Source: Albugo candida (lineage: Eukaryota). Taken from it: 64,000 nt of DNA. A program made the translations under genes and the position numbers. This document shows, in pieces, positions 63,001 through 64,000 of this stretch. The stretch covers positions 1 through 64,000 of the forward strand of contig JBDOQK010000016.1 in the NCBI GenBank assembly GCA_040437565.1. Direction: 5' to 3'. The notes under the pieces were generated by a model. That model ran no database searches. It was not told where the DNA came from and saw nothing but the letters and a program-made list of their open reading frames with translations. The first letter of the stretch is position 1. Each line of letters begins with the position of its first letter.

Positions 63001-64000
63001 ATCTTTATGGGGATGCTGCCAGCATTCTTCAGCGTGTGGCGGCGAAACACAGTTGCACAACACTCGTAATACATCGCGTACAAGATCAGAATCTCGAGGA
63101 TTTGTGCTCATCGCGATCTCTAGCAAGATGGAAATGCCCAGTTTTCGCGATGAATCCGTTGCGGAGGATGCTTTATTTGTTGGTATAACGGGATCAGCAA
63201 CTTCGTTCGATACTATACTGCTCGTTTCTTCTAAATCATCACGCCAGAAATTGTATGGTACGATAACTTCTGTTGTGCAGACTTCATTTGCCAATGATGG
63301 AACAACAAGTGTAAGGATACGAAGCGCTTCCAAACAGAACTGCGTGCGTTCCGCCATCCACCCACGAATAACACTACTTGGATCTTCTTCGTTCTGCTGT
63401 TCAAAATGCGTACTGATAATTGTGGACATGATACTTGCGACTTCCATCATGACCAAGATACCCCGCAGATGAATAAGTTTGGCAGCAGGGGACCATAATC
63501 CTCCGTTCACACCACCATGTGACCACCAAAGCATGTTTGGATTTTGTGAGGTAGGAATTGCAGTATTGTCATTCATCCCCGAAGGAATCGATACACTGAG
63601 GCGATATTTTTCGAAAAAAATGAGATTTTGCTCATGTATCTTGTCATCAATATCGATAGGTTTTGACGTTGAAAGCTTGGGCACACGCGCCGGAAGTCGC
63701 ACAGTTGCTGAGGGGGTCGTCAAAACGGAGGGATAGCCGCTTGTGATAGCGCCTGTGGCCTGAGAGGTCGACGTAGGTCCATTCAATTGGTGTTGTGACT
63801 CAGACAGCTTACGACGTAATCGATGTGTCAGTAGTGACAAATGTACTCTCAGGTACTGTCGCAAACAGAGACATGCATCATGTGATAACTGTCGTTGTGT
63901 CGATGATTTTTGCATTGTATTCCCGGTTCGAATGATATTCAGTAGCGTGTATAAACCATTATTCTTCTCGAAATACTCCATAATAGATTTGAATACGATT
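60021..64000 (-). CDS. DCAF1: DCAF1/VprBP CRL4 substrate receptor, 5'-partial
   Basis: ARM-like region (LRVLCNCV, ADIIRLLATRTLLGLAR), KANIVA.TKITY, LisH (LLRLIQEHLATKGFDKAAEALAKEANL), LDDIITHYLREQHRQC.NP.TT.PPF, WD40 with WDxR motifs (LWDVRS..LHKFDK, VWDLRT) and an acidic tail. The frame stays open to the window end and is restored by removing the 66-bp duplication plus gap. Confidence 0.93.
61388..61619. other. Assembly artefact: 66-bp overlap duplicated across an N gap
   Basis: 61388-61453 equals 61554-61619 (offset 166). Confidence 0.9.

Overview
Eukaryotic draft-assembly sequence, most likely an oomycete (inferred from moderate GC, nearly intron-free giant CDSs, ~50-60 bp GT-AG introns and an oomycete-type Gypsy RT; possibly Albugo-like), with nine 100-N scaffold gaps. 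It has two distinct halves. (1) Bases 1 to ~19,000 contain no convincing intact gene. They are a mosaic of frameshifted or stop-riddled remnants of unrelated genes: RBM42-like RRM, a possible WD40 N-terminus, a CHAT protease-domain protein, NBAS/Sec39-like, KIF4-like tail, two CHD6-9-like remodeller paralogs (one circularly permuted) and a RING finger. LTR-like pieces and a truncated Gypsy pol are interspersed. (2) Bases 19,268-64,000 are gene-dense, with four large intact-looking genes: a ~5,030-aa multidomain HECT E3 ligase, ERCC6/CSB (~938 aa), SZT2 (~4,181 aa, 3 exons) and a 5'-partial DCAF1/VprBP. All four ORFs are broken only by assembly artefacts (apparently exact duplications flanking N gaps), and removing these restores each frame. 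The best candidates for something new are the HECT ligase carrying several carbohydrate-binding-type modules, the decayed CHAT plus putative STAND-type gene, and the pseudogene mosaic with its permuted CHD fragment. Family calls come from recalled motifs, not database searches.
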